From assembly GCF_009914755.1 (NCBI RefSeq), contig NC_060926.1: a stretch of DNA of 64,000 bases; one strand, written 5' to 3'. Source of the DNA: the human T2T-CHM13v2.0 reference genome, Homo sapiens. The translations under genes and the position numbers were made by a program. Of the stretch, positions 49,322 through 64,000 are shown one piece after another (position 1 is the stretch's first letter; each line of letters starts with the position of its first letter). Under the pieces are notes generated by a model. It was not told the origin of the DNA, did no database searches, and saw only the letters and a program-made list of their open reading frames with translations.

Positions 49322-50991
49322 TCAAGCTTAGGTTTTTAAATTTTAACATACAACTGTTAATTTGCTGGCACATAAGGCTTTGAATATGGGTCCACTGATT
49401 AGATTCTTTGTCCCCTAATATAACCCAGACTCATGCTGTACTATTTATGATTTTTAGCATTTTAATGTACTTATAAAACAGTTTGAATGCTGAATTCTTC
49501 TAGATTTTTATGATTTTTCTCTCAGTCTTTTACAGTTCTTTTCCATGGTCAAATAACAGCTTATCCTAGTGACTTGTTTTAGTCTCTAAAAATACTTAGT
49601 TTACATGGAAATAATTCTTCTCACTCATGCCATTGTTTTACATGACATTCACTTAAACTATATACTTACCAAGTACTGTACCAACTATATTACCAAATAC
49701 TATACCAGACAAATTTTGATAAGCATAAAACTCACTCTCTCCTGAGAGAGGAGCAGGAGAAAGTGGCCTTCTAGCCATGAATGTTCATTGTGCAGTAGGC
49801 ATTAACTTTAGGTTTCTCAGAGGGAAGGAGAAACATAGATTTAACCAGCAAATTGGATAAGAAGGACTCTTCTGTATAGTGCTGTGGGTACCTTTTATAC
49901 TGGGAAAACTCCAGCATTCAGGTTGTGGTGACATCATTTGACCATAACTGAGTATAAAGGCATTATTGCCATGTTAAGCCTTTTTCTGTTCCCTATTCAT
50001 TCATCCATCATTTTTGGCATGTGATTTTTAAACACTGGCTTTTAGTTTCAAAGTGGATAAAATACAGTTTAGATTAAATTTACATTAAATTTTATAATAT
50101 TAGTGCATTATAAATGAAAAGAATTAAGACATTGTTTTAAAAGAACTTGCCGACCTCTGGATCTCAATTTGAAAATCATTGTCTTTTTAGAAACCTCTGT
50201 ATCTGTTCCAATACATTCTTTGGAAAACAGGCAAATCTCCTTATTTGATATTTTCCTTCTTTTCTGTGCAGCGTGCATGATGTTCACATTTGTGAGAAAC
50301 TCCTATGGAAATATTCGGGACTAGGTTTTACTACTCCCCCTCATTTTTTCCCCCACTTGAATGTGTTTTCTAATTCAAATCAAAGTGATGATTGTCTAGG
50401 GAAATACAACTTGGATACCTTTAATGTATGTAAAAACGTTTTAAAATCAGTTATAACTTTGAGTACTTACATTAATAGCATGTTCCTTGTGACATTTTTT
50501 ACAACCTTACACACGAGAACTATTGCTAAAGACACCTGATTGAACATTAGAATGAAATTCATGAGCTATTCAGTGGGGACAGGAAACTTACTTGAGTTGT
50601 TTGAAATACAGAGAATTAATTTTTGTTTGTGTTAGAACATACTTTGCTCAAAGACTTCTGACTAAGATAGCAATCTTTTTGATTGACACCATACATGTTT
50701 TGTAGAGGTCATAATTATACCTTACTTTTATTCTGGTTGCTTGTTTTAAGAGGAATGTTAACAAACTGGAGCATGCTCCAAGGAATCTGATCAAGATGGT
50801 AAGGAAGTTTGAAACTATGTATTAGAGGAACATTTGCAGGAACCAAAAATGCTACTAGCTTAAAGAAGAAAAGATTAGACAGTGGGGGAGCTGTACACAT
50901 GATCACTGTCATTGGGTAATTTAAGGCATTGGGAGAGGTAATACATTTATTTTTACGACTCTAGGGGGAGATGCAACACCAGTGTTTGTAA

Positions 50992-51258
<267 letters not shown>

Positions 51259-52545
51259 TGATCAGATGCATCAGCTACTTTTTTTTTTTTTTAACTGTTT
51301 CTGGGTACTTTTATAATCTTCTGCTCTGGAAATGCTGCTGTCTAGGCCTGCTGTGCGGCTCTCATACCAGAACTTTTCTTCTATCTTCATTCTGGAAATT
51401 CCCTTCACTTGTAACCTATGTTAGATGCTCTGTTTCCAGGACCCCCAACATTTCCGTTAGCCTCCTGATGAAAGGTGAATGAGAGGTCATTTTTGAAAGC
51501 CACAAAGCTGAAAATGTTTTATTCTGCCTTCTTTTTAAAAATTAGTTTGCCTACATTCACAAAGGTGAAAATACTTTACCCTTGGAACTTTCAATATATT
51601 GCTTAGTTGTCTTCAAACCTTCAGTGTTGCTGTTGAGAAGTCTGATGCTATTCTTATTACTGAGTCTTTCTGACCCACTTCTTTTCTTCCCTCTTTTGGA
51701 GTATGTAAGATCTTCTTTTCTTCCTGCTGTTCAGAACCTCATATTGAAGTATTTTGGTGTAGGTCTTTTGTTCAGTGTTTTAGGCTTTTTTTTTTTTTTT
51801 TTTTTGAATTTGTTTGGAAACTCACGCTTTTTATAGTGCAGACATATTTTCTCCAATCTTCTTTTTTGGGGAATATAAAAGCCTGTGATGCCACTGTTCT
51901 GGGAACCAAGTTGAGGGAGGTGACTGTCATTCTGTGTGTTGGATCTTAGATAATCCTCCAGCTTTCCACATGGTCCCTAACAAGAGTCTTCAGCAGTGTC
52001 TTGAGTTTGAAGTCTCTGTGGTATAACCTCTTTAAAACTTTCCTTCAGACTTCCCACCTAGGGCTGGTGGGAGTATGCTTTTGGCTGTTAAGGAACTGGA
52101 GAGTCTAATGATTTCTGACCCCACTTTAAGCCCTCACCTGTATCCAGTTCCTTCAGTAAATCTTGATATGTCCTGTGGTGGGAATCAGTTTCCAGTTGGC
52201 TTCTCCCACCTTTGCAGAAGCTTCTGTTTTGGCTTTCTCCATAAAGTCACTTACTGCTGGTATTTTGTTTTTAAATCTTCCAAATTTTGTTATTCAAGAA
52301 CTGTCGTGTGCTTTTGGACTCTTCTCTTGTTCTCTGACGCTCTGTTTATTTTAATTTTTGTGGGCACATAGTAGGTGTATGTATTTATGAGGTACACAAG
52401 ATAGGAGTTTTGATACAGGCATGCAGTATGAGATAAACACATCATGGTAACCCTCTGTCTCTTGTGGGTTAATACCTTCTTATTCCTTTACTGTCATTTC
52501 GTTGTGGGTTTGGGCATGTGAAGAGATTTAGATTTTGTCCACTAC

Positions 52546-52846
<301 letters not shown>

Positions 52847-54039
52847 TTGTCCACTACTTTTAACTAGAATGCCTTAATTAGGTTTAAGTCATAACTTGAA
52901 TATTATTTTTTAGATGCTTGCTCTAAGTGTTACAAGGACCTTATGGTGTAGTATTTGTGGCTTTCCCAGAAACTCAGAATAACAATAGGGATTTATATCA
53001 TGCTTATTATTATATATAGAAAGCTAAATATATTCAGTTTTTTAATGTTGGACTCTGGATAGACGAATATTTTGGACTAGCCAACATATACGGTGTCTTG
53101 GCATCAATAGTTTGTAGATTTGATAACCTACTAAAGGCACCTTCCTTCCATCTGTTCTAGATTTTAAATGTATAATTTTATGCTATGAAACATATGTAAT
53201 ATTTTTAGTAAATAACTAGGATGGGCTAGATCTAAATGTCAACTTTATTACTTTCTGCCAGTATTATTGGCAACTACATAAACTTCCACAGGTTATTAAA
53301 AATATTTTTACCAGCTTCTCCCACAGCAGGAGAAAAACAATTAATAAAACTAACTAAATAAGCTTTCCTACTTACTCATCCAGCACAGATTGTTATTTGA
53401 ATTGAACAAATGGTTATTTGCAAGATTGTTTGAGGCCTAGTTAAGAGCAGCACACTGATGGACATATGGAATGAGCCACACCATCTGGTTACAGTCATAC
53501 CTGGGTGGTGGTCATTAAAACTAAATCTCCTGGGGATCTGCAGATGTCTTAATTATACTACAAAAATGTATTGGGCTGCACCAGTAGGCTACTTTGAACT
53601 TCTTGAAACCAGTTAACTTGCAAACATGTTTTCAAGATATCAAAACTGCAGTTATTGAGTCTTTTTTTTTTTTTTTTTGCACAAAACTGAAGACTTAAAA
53701 TGTGTATTTGAGGATCTGGAATGGGTGGTACTTCAGTATTGGCCCCATGAAAGTAATGTGGTTTACTTACCCAACACTTTCATCCAATAGTTATGACTAA
53801 TATGACAGAAAAGTGTTTTATAAACCCTGAATTCACCCTGTAGCTAGAAGGGCTTTAGCAAAAAAGGGAAGTGACCTCAGGTTCACATCTTAAAAATACT
53901 TGTTTTGATTCACTGCAGGATTTTATTCACTTAAATGATCAAATTTGGTAGGTGAAGATAGTCTGCTAATGATAAATTTAATTACTCTAAAAATTGTGGT
54001 TACTATAGATACTAACACGAAATCAGGACTACAGTTTTT

Positions 54040-54560
54040 TTATTTCTTGACATACGTTATAATTTTTTGGTATGCAGTTCTGTGAATCTTAACATATGTA
54101 TAGATTCATATAGCCACCACTCAAATTAGAACATGCAAGTTTTCCATCACCCCAAAAAACTTTTAGCCCTTGTTTTTACTGTACTCCTGGCAATTACTGA
54201 TCTGTTCTCCAACACTGCAGGTTTTGTCTTTCCAAGAATGTTGTGTAAATGGACTCATAACTTTTCTAGATTGTCTTTTTTCACTCAACATATTATCTTT
54301 AAGATTAATCCAAGTTAGTTGTTGTTTATCTTAATAGTTTGTTCCTCCTTGTTGCTAAGTAGTATTCCATTGCTTGTTTGTTTTTCCATTTTCTGTTTGA
54401 GGAGTTTCTAGTTTTTGATATATATGAATGGAAATGCTGTAAATGTTTATGCTCAAGTTTTTGGGTGAACGTAAGTTTTCATTTCACTTGGGTAAATATC
54501 TAGGGCTAGGTTGTATGGCACATGCATGTTTAATTAAAAAATTGGCCAAGTTTTTTTGGT
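54040..54560 (-). mobile_element. Old L1M 3' end
   Basis: tatgcagttctgtgaatcttaacatatgtata...gttttcatttcacttgggtaaatatctagg. Confidence 0.7.
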
Positions 54561-54606
54561 TTTGTTTTGATTTTTCCCTTTTACTTGTGGAATTCCGTTT
54601 TCTTTT

Positions 54607-54747
54607 TTTTATTATACTTTAAGTTTTGGGGTACATGTGCACAACGTGCAGGTTTGTTACATATATATACACATGCCATGTTGGTGTGCTGCACCCATTA
54701 ACATTAGGTATATCTCCTAATGCTATCCCTCCCCCCTACCCCCACCC
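54607..54747 (-). mobile_element. Very short 5'-truncated L1PA insertion (3' terminal ~140 bp)
   Basis: ttattatactttaagttttggggtacatgtgcacaacgtgcaggtttgttacat...taggtatatctcctaatgctatccctcccc; TSD tcc(g/a)ttttctttt (54594-54606 / 54748-54760). Confidence 0.88.
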
Positions 54748-54858
54748 TCCATTTTCTTTTATGGTCACAATTGAAATTGTACTATTGATATTAACATTCC
54801 AGAGTTAATCAGTATTTTAATCTTCTGTTAATACAAGGTCTTTAAAAATACAAAGTAG

Positions 54859-56186
<1,328 letters not shown>

Positions 56187-57441
56187 CAAATTGTTTTTAA
56201 ATTGGATTTTATTTATCCAGATTTTGATGAGCTGTGCTTTTTATATCTGTAGATGCATGACTTTTATTGGATCTGAAAAAAATCTCAGTCATTATCACTT
56301 CAGTGTTACCTTCCAGTTCATTAATTCTCTCTTTAGTTATGTCTAATCTGCTCTCTACCTGATTTGGTGAATTTTTAATTTCCACATTTATAATTTTTCA
56401 TTTCTGAAAATTCTGATTTTTAAATTTGCCTCATTCTGATAATTACATATTTCCTGCTCATTTTTACTCCATCTTTCATTTAATGTTTCCTATATACTAT
56501 ATTTCGTAACTGGTAATTCAGATAGCTAGTCTTGGAGGGAGGTGGTGTTAATCTTTTGCATTTACTGACTCAAGCTCATTGGTTTGTTTCATTTTTGTGC
56601 GATAATTTTTACTGCAGCCTCATATTTTATTGAACTTAATATTTGGAAATCTTGATAGCTTAAATTGAAAATGCATTCCTTTAGAGAGAATTTGCGTGTT
56701 CATGGGATCCTAGGATCCTATGTAACCTGAAGGTATTTTATTTCCCATCCAGGGTCTTAGGTTTAACTTAAGAGAGATATCTGAGGTTGAGCTCTCTCAT
56801 CTCGCCTTGGCTATTGTTGGCACTTGCTTTCTGAACAACATTGCTTCTTGTGTATAACATGGGACACATTTCTGGTTTCAGCTTAATTTTTAATTTTTTG
56901 TCTTTCTTTTCTGTGGGGTGGGGGATCCTTAGAGATTTCCCTTTCTGAAAAGTTCAATAGTATGTTAATAGTCGTAGGGTTTTCGGGGGGTAATTTATGG
57001 ACTATCATATTGTAGTAGAGGAGCCTTTTCAGTTTGCCATACTGTTGGAAGTAGAAATTAATGAGATTAAATATGTAAAGTGCCAGTCTAGATACTGTAT
57101 ACATATTAATTTCCTACTGCCTTATTAACTTACATTTTGCCAACCAGTTCATATAAGAGTGCTTTATATTATATAGTTTATTTTTGGTTATTTGTTGTGG
57201 ACACTTTCCTTAGTCTGTTTTCTAACTTAAATTTTAATATATATTCTATATGGATTTTAAACATGTATGTTTACTTTGTTGTTTATTGTTTCAGAGAGAG
57301 AAATATTTATTCTGTTTTCTGTTGTTCTGAAAAGAAAGTTATGCAAGATTGAACCTTGGTAGAGTTTATATCTTAGTAGAGAGCCAAAGAACTTCCATTA
57401 ATTTCTTTTGCTTGGTAATTTACATATTTATTATATTTAGA

Positions 57442-57665
57442 GCAGTGGTTCTCAACTGCAGGGGTTTTACCCTGTGGGGGATATTTGGCAGTGTCTGGAA
57501 ACATTTTTGATTGTCACTGTTTGATGAAGGGTGCTACTGACATTTAGTGAGTAGAGCCAGGAATGCAGATGCTGCTCAACATCGTACAATGCATAGGACA
57601 CCCCTCCACAATAAAGAATTATCCAACCCAAAATGTCAATAGTGTCAAAGTTAAGAAGCCTTGAT
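57442..57665. mobile_element. MER20
   Basis: cagtggttctcaac...atttggcagtgtctggaaacatttttgattgtcac...aaagaattatccaacccaaaatgtcaatagtg. Confidence 0.85.
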
Positions 57666-59425
57666 TTAGAGAAATCAAGATAAGGTGTTGATGCTGGTGG
57701 GTATCACAGGATTTGCGAGGGAAGGTTTTCCAGGTTTTAGAAAAATGGAAAGAAAGCCTTAGAATGGAAAACCGCCCTCCTTCTGTTAATTTCTTTTTCT
57801 AATTCTTCAGCATAGACGTTCACATTCATAAAGCCAAGACTAAAAATCTAAATTTTTGGAATACTACTGCTAGTCACTTGGACTTTCCATTATTTCTTAC
57901 CCTTTTTTTCTACTGCAGAGTAAGTTATCTTTATTATAGAAAACTTGGAGAGAATAGAAAATTATGAATAGAAAAAAATTCATTCGATCTCGTCACTTAT
58001 ATACAAGACCTGTTAACATTTTGGAGTATTTGGTTTGTCTGTTTTTTTTTTGCTGATTAAAAAAATTAGCTCTGAGAATACTATATAATTTTTATCTTAA
58101 AAAGTTAAAGCACAATTGTAAGTGCATAATGTCATACTTTTTAAAATTGTTATTTGTTTAACCATTTCCTCTTTGGTGTGAAGTGTTTCTGATGTTTTCC
58201 TATTATGAATAATGTTTGGTGAACATCTTGTACATAGGTGGTCAGCTCTATTTCCAATTCTTTTTTTAGAATTGATTCCCAAAAGTGGCATAGCTGGGTC
58301 AAATGGGAGTAATGAGGTTCTTAATAAAAATTGGTGAGTTTATCCCACAATCAGTGTTTGAGACTACTCATGTTTTGGCACACGGGTGGGTAGGGTGGGG
58401 TGTGGGTGGTATAGGGGCGAGACTACTCATTTTCATTGCAACTCATCACTCTGAATGCTACTTAAGACATTGATGGAATCAGTCTTCAGCTTTTTCTCAG
58501 ACTCTTATAAGCATGTAAAATCCATGTACAAAGCTTTTGAAGGCTAAAAAATGAAAAATCCATGTACAGCCTTGCACTGAGATACAGTTAATATCCCTGA
58601 ATAAATGGAATATAAAAGAGCAATTAGAGAAAGCAACATGAACACATAAAATTTCCTCATGCTTACTCAATTTATGTAATAAGTGTAGCCTTGTAAAATT
58701 GTCTGCCATTTTGTAAATTGAATCTCATTTTGAGTGTACTGAGAGAGCTCATTTGAATAAATCCTGTAACGAGTAACAAATCCTGTAATAGATTTCACTT
58801 GGAAAAAATGTCCTTTCCACATTTGGTTATGAGTACATTCTGGTTGTACTTGTTTCATAAGTTCAAAATGTTCACTTATTTAGGTAATATGAATACCTTC
58901 TTTGTGCATTAATATACCCTGTGATATGATAGGGCCTGGGATATATTTACACACTGTACTGCATTTGTGAGATTACATATGTGTGACGTAACTTAAAAAG
59001 AGTTAGGTTCAGCTTTATGAATTGTTGTTTCCTCATTGAACAGTTTGAGAAGTATACGGGTATAGTTGTTTGCTCCAAAATTTCCAAAACATACATCCTT
59101 TTAATAGTGTTTGATATGTCCTCATCAGAAAGTTACTCCTTTGCCTTTTCCATTTTTAAAAGGAGATATTACCAGTAGGTGGAAAGGTTAAGGCTTGTCT
59201 GGAACAAGGAGGAGATATTACAGAATAAGGAGAGACAAAGTTGCAAAGTGAGAAGGAAGGAGTAGAGGCATTTGAGAGAACAATAAGATGTTAATTCCTT
59301 TGCGAATTGTTTTGGGGCAAGGTAGAATGTATTTTATCATAAATGATTAAACCCTCCCTGAAAGGGGTGGATTAGTGTTCTCATAATACTGATGAGTTGG
59401 AAACAAAGTGTTGTGCCCTAAGTGA

Positions 59426-60766
<1,341 letters not shown>

Positions 60767-60947
60767 CAAAAATACCGTGAATTTCTAGAATGTTACGCAC
60801 CATATTTAATTATTCAAAATGTTCCCAAAATATTTTTTAAAAACTTCTGGTACATTTATTATTTTATATCATTGTTAAATATCCTATTTAATTAGTGTGA
60901 ATGATTACAAATTGACTGACAAATTCTTTAAAAATATTACTGCAGTT

Positions 60948-61293
<346 letters not shown>

Positions 61294-62198
61294 TCAGAGA
61301 ACATGACCCCAAAGTAGTTCTGTGGAACTTTGCGTAGGTTACTTGGTATTTTGCATAGATTATTGGGCCATTATTCTTGTGGGTGGACCTGCCCACAAGA
61401 TAGTTGGACAACATGTAAATAGTTATTAAATCTGTTTGAGTGCATTTCCACTCGGTTTTTCATGTGCGTGTTCAAACATCAAGGTAAAGTCCTTTTAAGG
61501 CCATCCATACAGAAAAGGCTTCAGGGTTCTAAAGGACCTTAAAAATTGTTTAATCATGCATGCAGCAATTTTTTTGAATCTCTTCCGTATGTCCCTGCAG
61601 TTTCCTCTTGTACACACTGTCTTTTGAGGTGACTGAAAATGTTCTTTATTATAAATTCTTACTTGAATTGATGGCAAGATAGGACTTTACTAATTGGTTT
61701 ATTACCTCAATTCATGATATTACTTGTAATATAGTTTTCTAAATTAGTCTTAAGCTTATTTAAAGCTAACAGCTGTTTGATAAGGATATTTGTATAGCTC
61801 TGGTCTTATTATATCATTGTTTCTTAGGAAATATGAAATATTTAAAGAATTTTAATAATTCTTTCATAGAGTTCTTCATATGTATAGTCTTTTCATCAGA
61901 AACACACTAAAGCACTATTTGCATTTCCTAGAAACTCATGTGTCACAGTTACTTTGTGTTTTTAACTAGGTGGTTAATTGAATTTATTGTTAAGTCTATT
62001 ATTTAATGAGTCTAACCAAACCTTAATATCTATTATTAAGTTTAATAGTTTAAAATAATTTAAAAATACTTTGAGTTTATGGAATGAAAACACTGTTTCA
62101 AGTTTGTGTGTTGGTTAGAAATATTTTGAATTACTAGATGTGTCATTTTAAAAATGTGGTATGTACTAGTAAATTTTGTAAAATATTTTATCTTTTAG

Positions 62199-62292
62199 GC
62201 GAGGATTAAATCCACCACACAGGGTGAAATCTATCTCCATGACAACATTCACACAACAGGAAATTGAATTCTTACAAAAACATGGAAATGAA
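62199..62292 (+). CDS. AGFG1: AGFG1 coding exon 2 (94 nt), ArfGAP domain including the conserved Arg
   Basis: Acceptor ttttatcttttag|G, donor GAA|GTAAGT. Joins exon 1 in phase (CT|G) to give (L)RGLNPPHRVKSISMTTFTQQEIEFLQKHGNE; 167+94=261 nt=87 codons. Confidence 0.96.
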
Positions 62293-64000
62293 GTAAGTGG
62301 TTTTTTTTTTTTTTGCAATTTTTGACTTTTTTGTTGGCAGTCATTTTAATGAGATTTAATAAGTTATTTAAAACGTTGAATTTCACGGTCTAAATAAGTT
62401 ATTTTTGTATTTTATATTTAGATATTTTAAAATGTACTCATTTAATAATGTATTTGGAATTAATGTTTACTACATAAACACTTTACCGTAAATCTGAGGT
62501 GAAATGTGTGTATTTAAAAGTCATCAGTCTTGAATATAAAAGGCGTTTCGGAGGACACCCATTATTACAGTTATTGTTAGTCTTCGCTTCAAAAGTCAAA
62601 AAAGAGGAAGAGAATTCATTTTGTGATGTTGTGTTAAACTTGTTAGAGTGTTGTGTGATCAGCTTTCACTTGAAGTCCTCTATTTTTCGTAAATTTTTAA
62701 CTTTGGACGTGTAGGTGATGTGTAATGTTTAGCAGGTGCTCAGTAGGGAGGAGGTTAGTAGTTCTCAGTGGCAGCTAAGTGTCATGGGGAGCCAGATGGT
62801 ATAAAGATTTGGATGGAAGCTTTTTTTCTTCTTGCCTTTAATGGGCTTCCAGTAATTCTATTCTGTTTGCTTGTTTGCTTTTAGCTCTGTGTTTTGCTAT
62901 TAGTAAAAGTTTTTAAAATTTTTCTAATATTTTTAAAATTAATAAAATTAACAAAGAGAGTGGGCATTTTTTTATAATCCTGCAATAAGGATGAGCCAGT
63001 TAACCCAAGCTGATTAATAATAGCTATTATTATTTGACAGAAAAGTCTCATTTTCTAGAAAGGATAAGTAGTACTTTAGTGGTACTCTTCTGGTTGCATC
63101 TTTGATATCCTTAATAAACATAAAGTAAGTTAAATATTAAAATTTTATTAGTTTTAATCTTCTCCTTGGACCCTTAGAAAATATATGCAAGCATTTTACA
63201 CTCTGCCTTTCTTCCTAATACTCTGAAAGTAATACCTTAAAATTGTTTGCCTACTTGTGATGTCCACTTGCTTTTGGTTCTAAAATAGTGAGGAAATATA
63301 AATTCACAGCTATGAAATATTTTTAAATATTTCATATTAAATTATTTAAAGAAGAGAGCACATTTTGAAGTCTCCAGATTTTGCCGATGACAAATTATTT
63401 TGAGTATTCAGATTCCAGACTAATGTGAGTACATTATAAGAACATGTAAAGCTGGATGAAAAGGTAGGAGGCTTTTAATGAAGAGTAAGCATAGAATAAT
63501 ATATATATTGATTAAAATACAATTTGAACTACTTGTGTAAAGTTTACAAGTAGGATTAACTTAACATTGCACACTTGAAGTTACTTTCTTAGAATGTTGG
63601 CTTAGTGTGCAAAATTTTGGAAATTAGAATGGAATCAGAAATAAAGAATATTATTCTATCTTTAGATTAAAAATATGACAGTAGGTAAAAACAGAGTAGC
63701 AAAACTGTGATAACAGCAGTCAATTGAAGAAGTGAAAATATAACAATATGTGAGATAAGGTTAGGTGGAGACTGGTCCAAAACAATACCAAGATTGAAGG
63801 AGTATATATTTTTTTAATTGTGGTGGGAACATTGATCTACCCTCTTAACAAATTTTTAGATGTGCAGTATTCTATGGTTAATTATAGACATAGTGCTGTA
63901 TAGCAGATCTCTAGAAATTAATCATCTTGTATAACTGAAACTTTATACCAGTTGAATTACAGCTCCTCATTTTATCTTCTGCCCCTGTTGCCCCGATTCT
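62293..64000 (+). other. AGFG1: AGFG1 intron 2 (partial, continues beyond the window)
   Basis: Starts GTAAGT after exon 2; no further exon recognised. Confidence 0.88.
63810..64000 (-). mobile_element. L1MA-like 3' end (partial)
   Basis: atctaccctcttaacaaattt...tgctgtatagcagatctctagaa...ataactgaaactttatacc. Confidence 0.7.

Overview
Primate genomic DNA (human or great ape; Alu-rich, about 45 Alu copies or fragments). It contains the 5' end of AGFG1 (HRB/RIP, ArfGAP with FG repeats 1) on the + strand: a CpG-island promoter (~42.7-43.9 kb) with a near-consensus CTCF site, a hairpin matching my recollection of MIR5703, coding exon 1 (ATG 43109, donor after 43275), an 18.9-kb intron 1, and coding exon 2 (62199-62292). 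The first ~42 kb is intergenic and dominated by transposable elements: a complete two-LTR MST/MaLR element with a 5-bp TSD and a private 34-bp minisatellite, a HERV-H LTR7 solo LTR 12 bp from a MER41 solo LTR, L1M/L2/MIR relics, and Tigger/hAT DNA transposon MITEs. I found no convincing new biological system, CRISPR array or new protein-coding gene. The best leads are regulatory or structural: the LTR7+MER41 pair, a splice-acceptor-like element at the TSS that is in frame with AGFG1, candidate poison/Alu exons in intron 1, a G-quadruplex micro-insert flanked by a direct repeat, and template-switch scars. Repeat subfamily names and boundaries are by eye and approximate.
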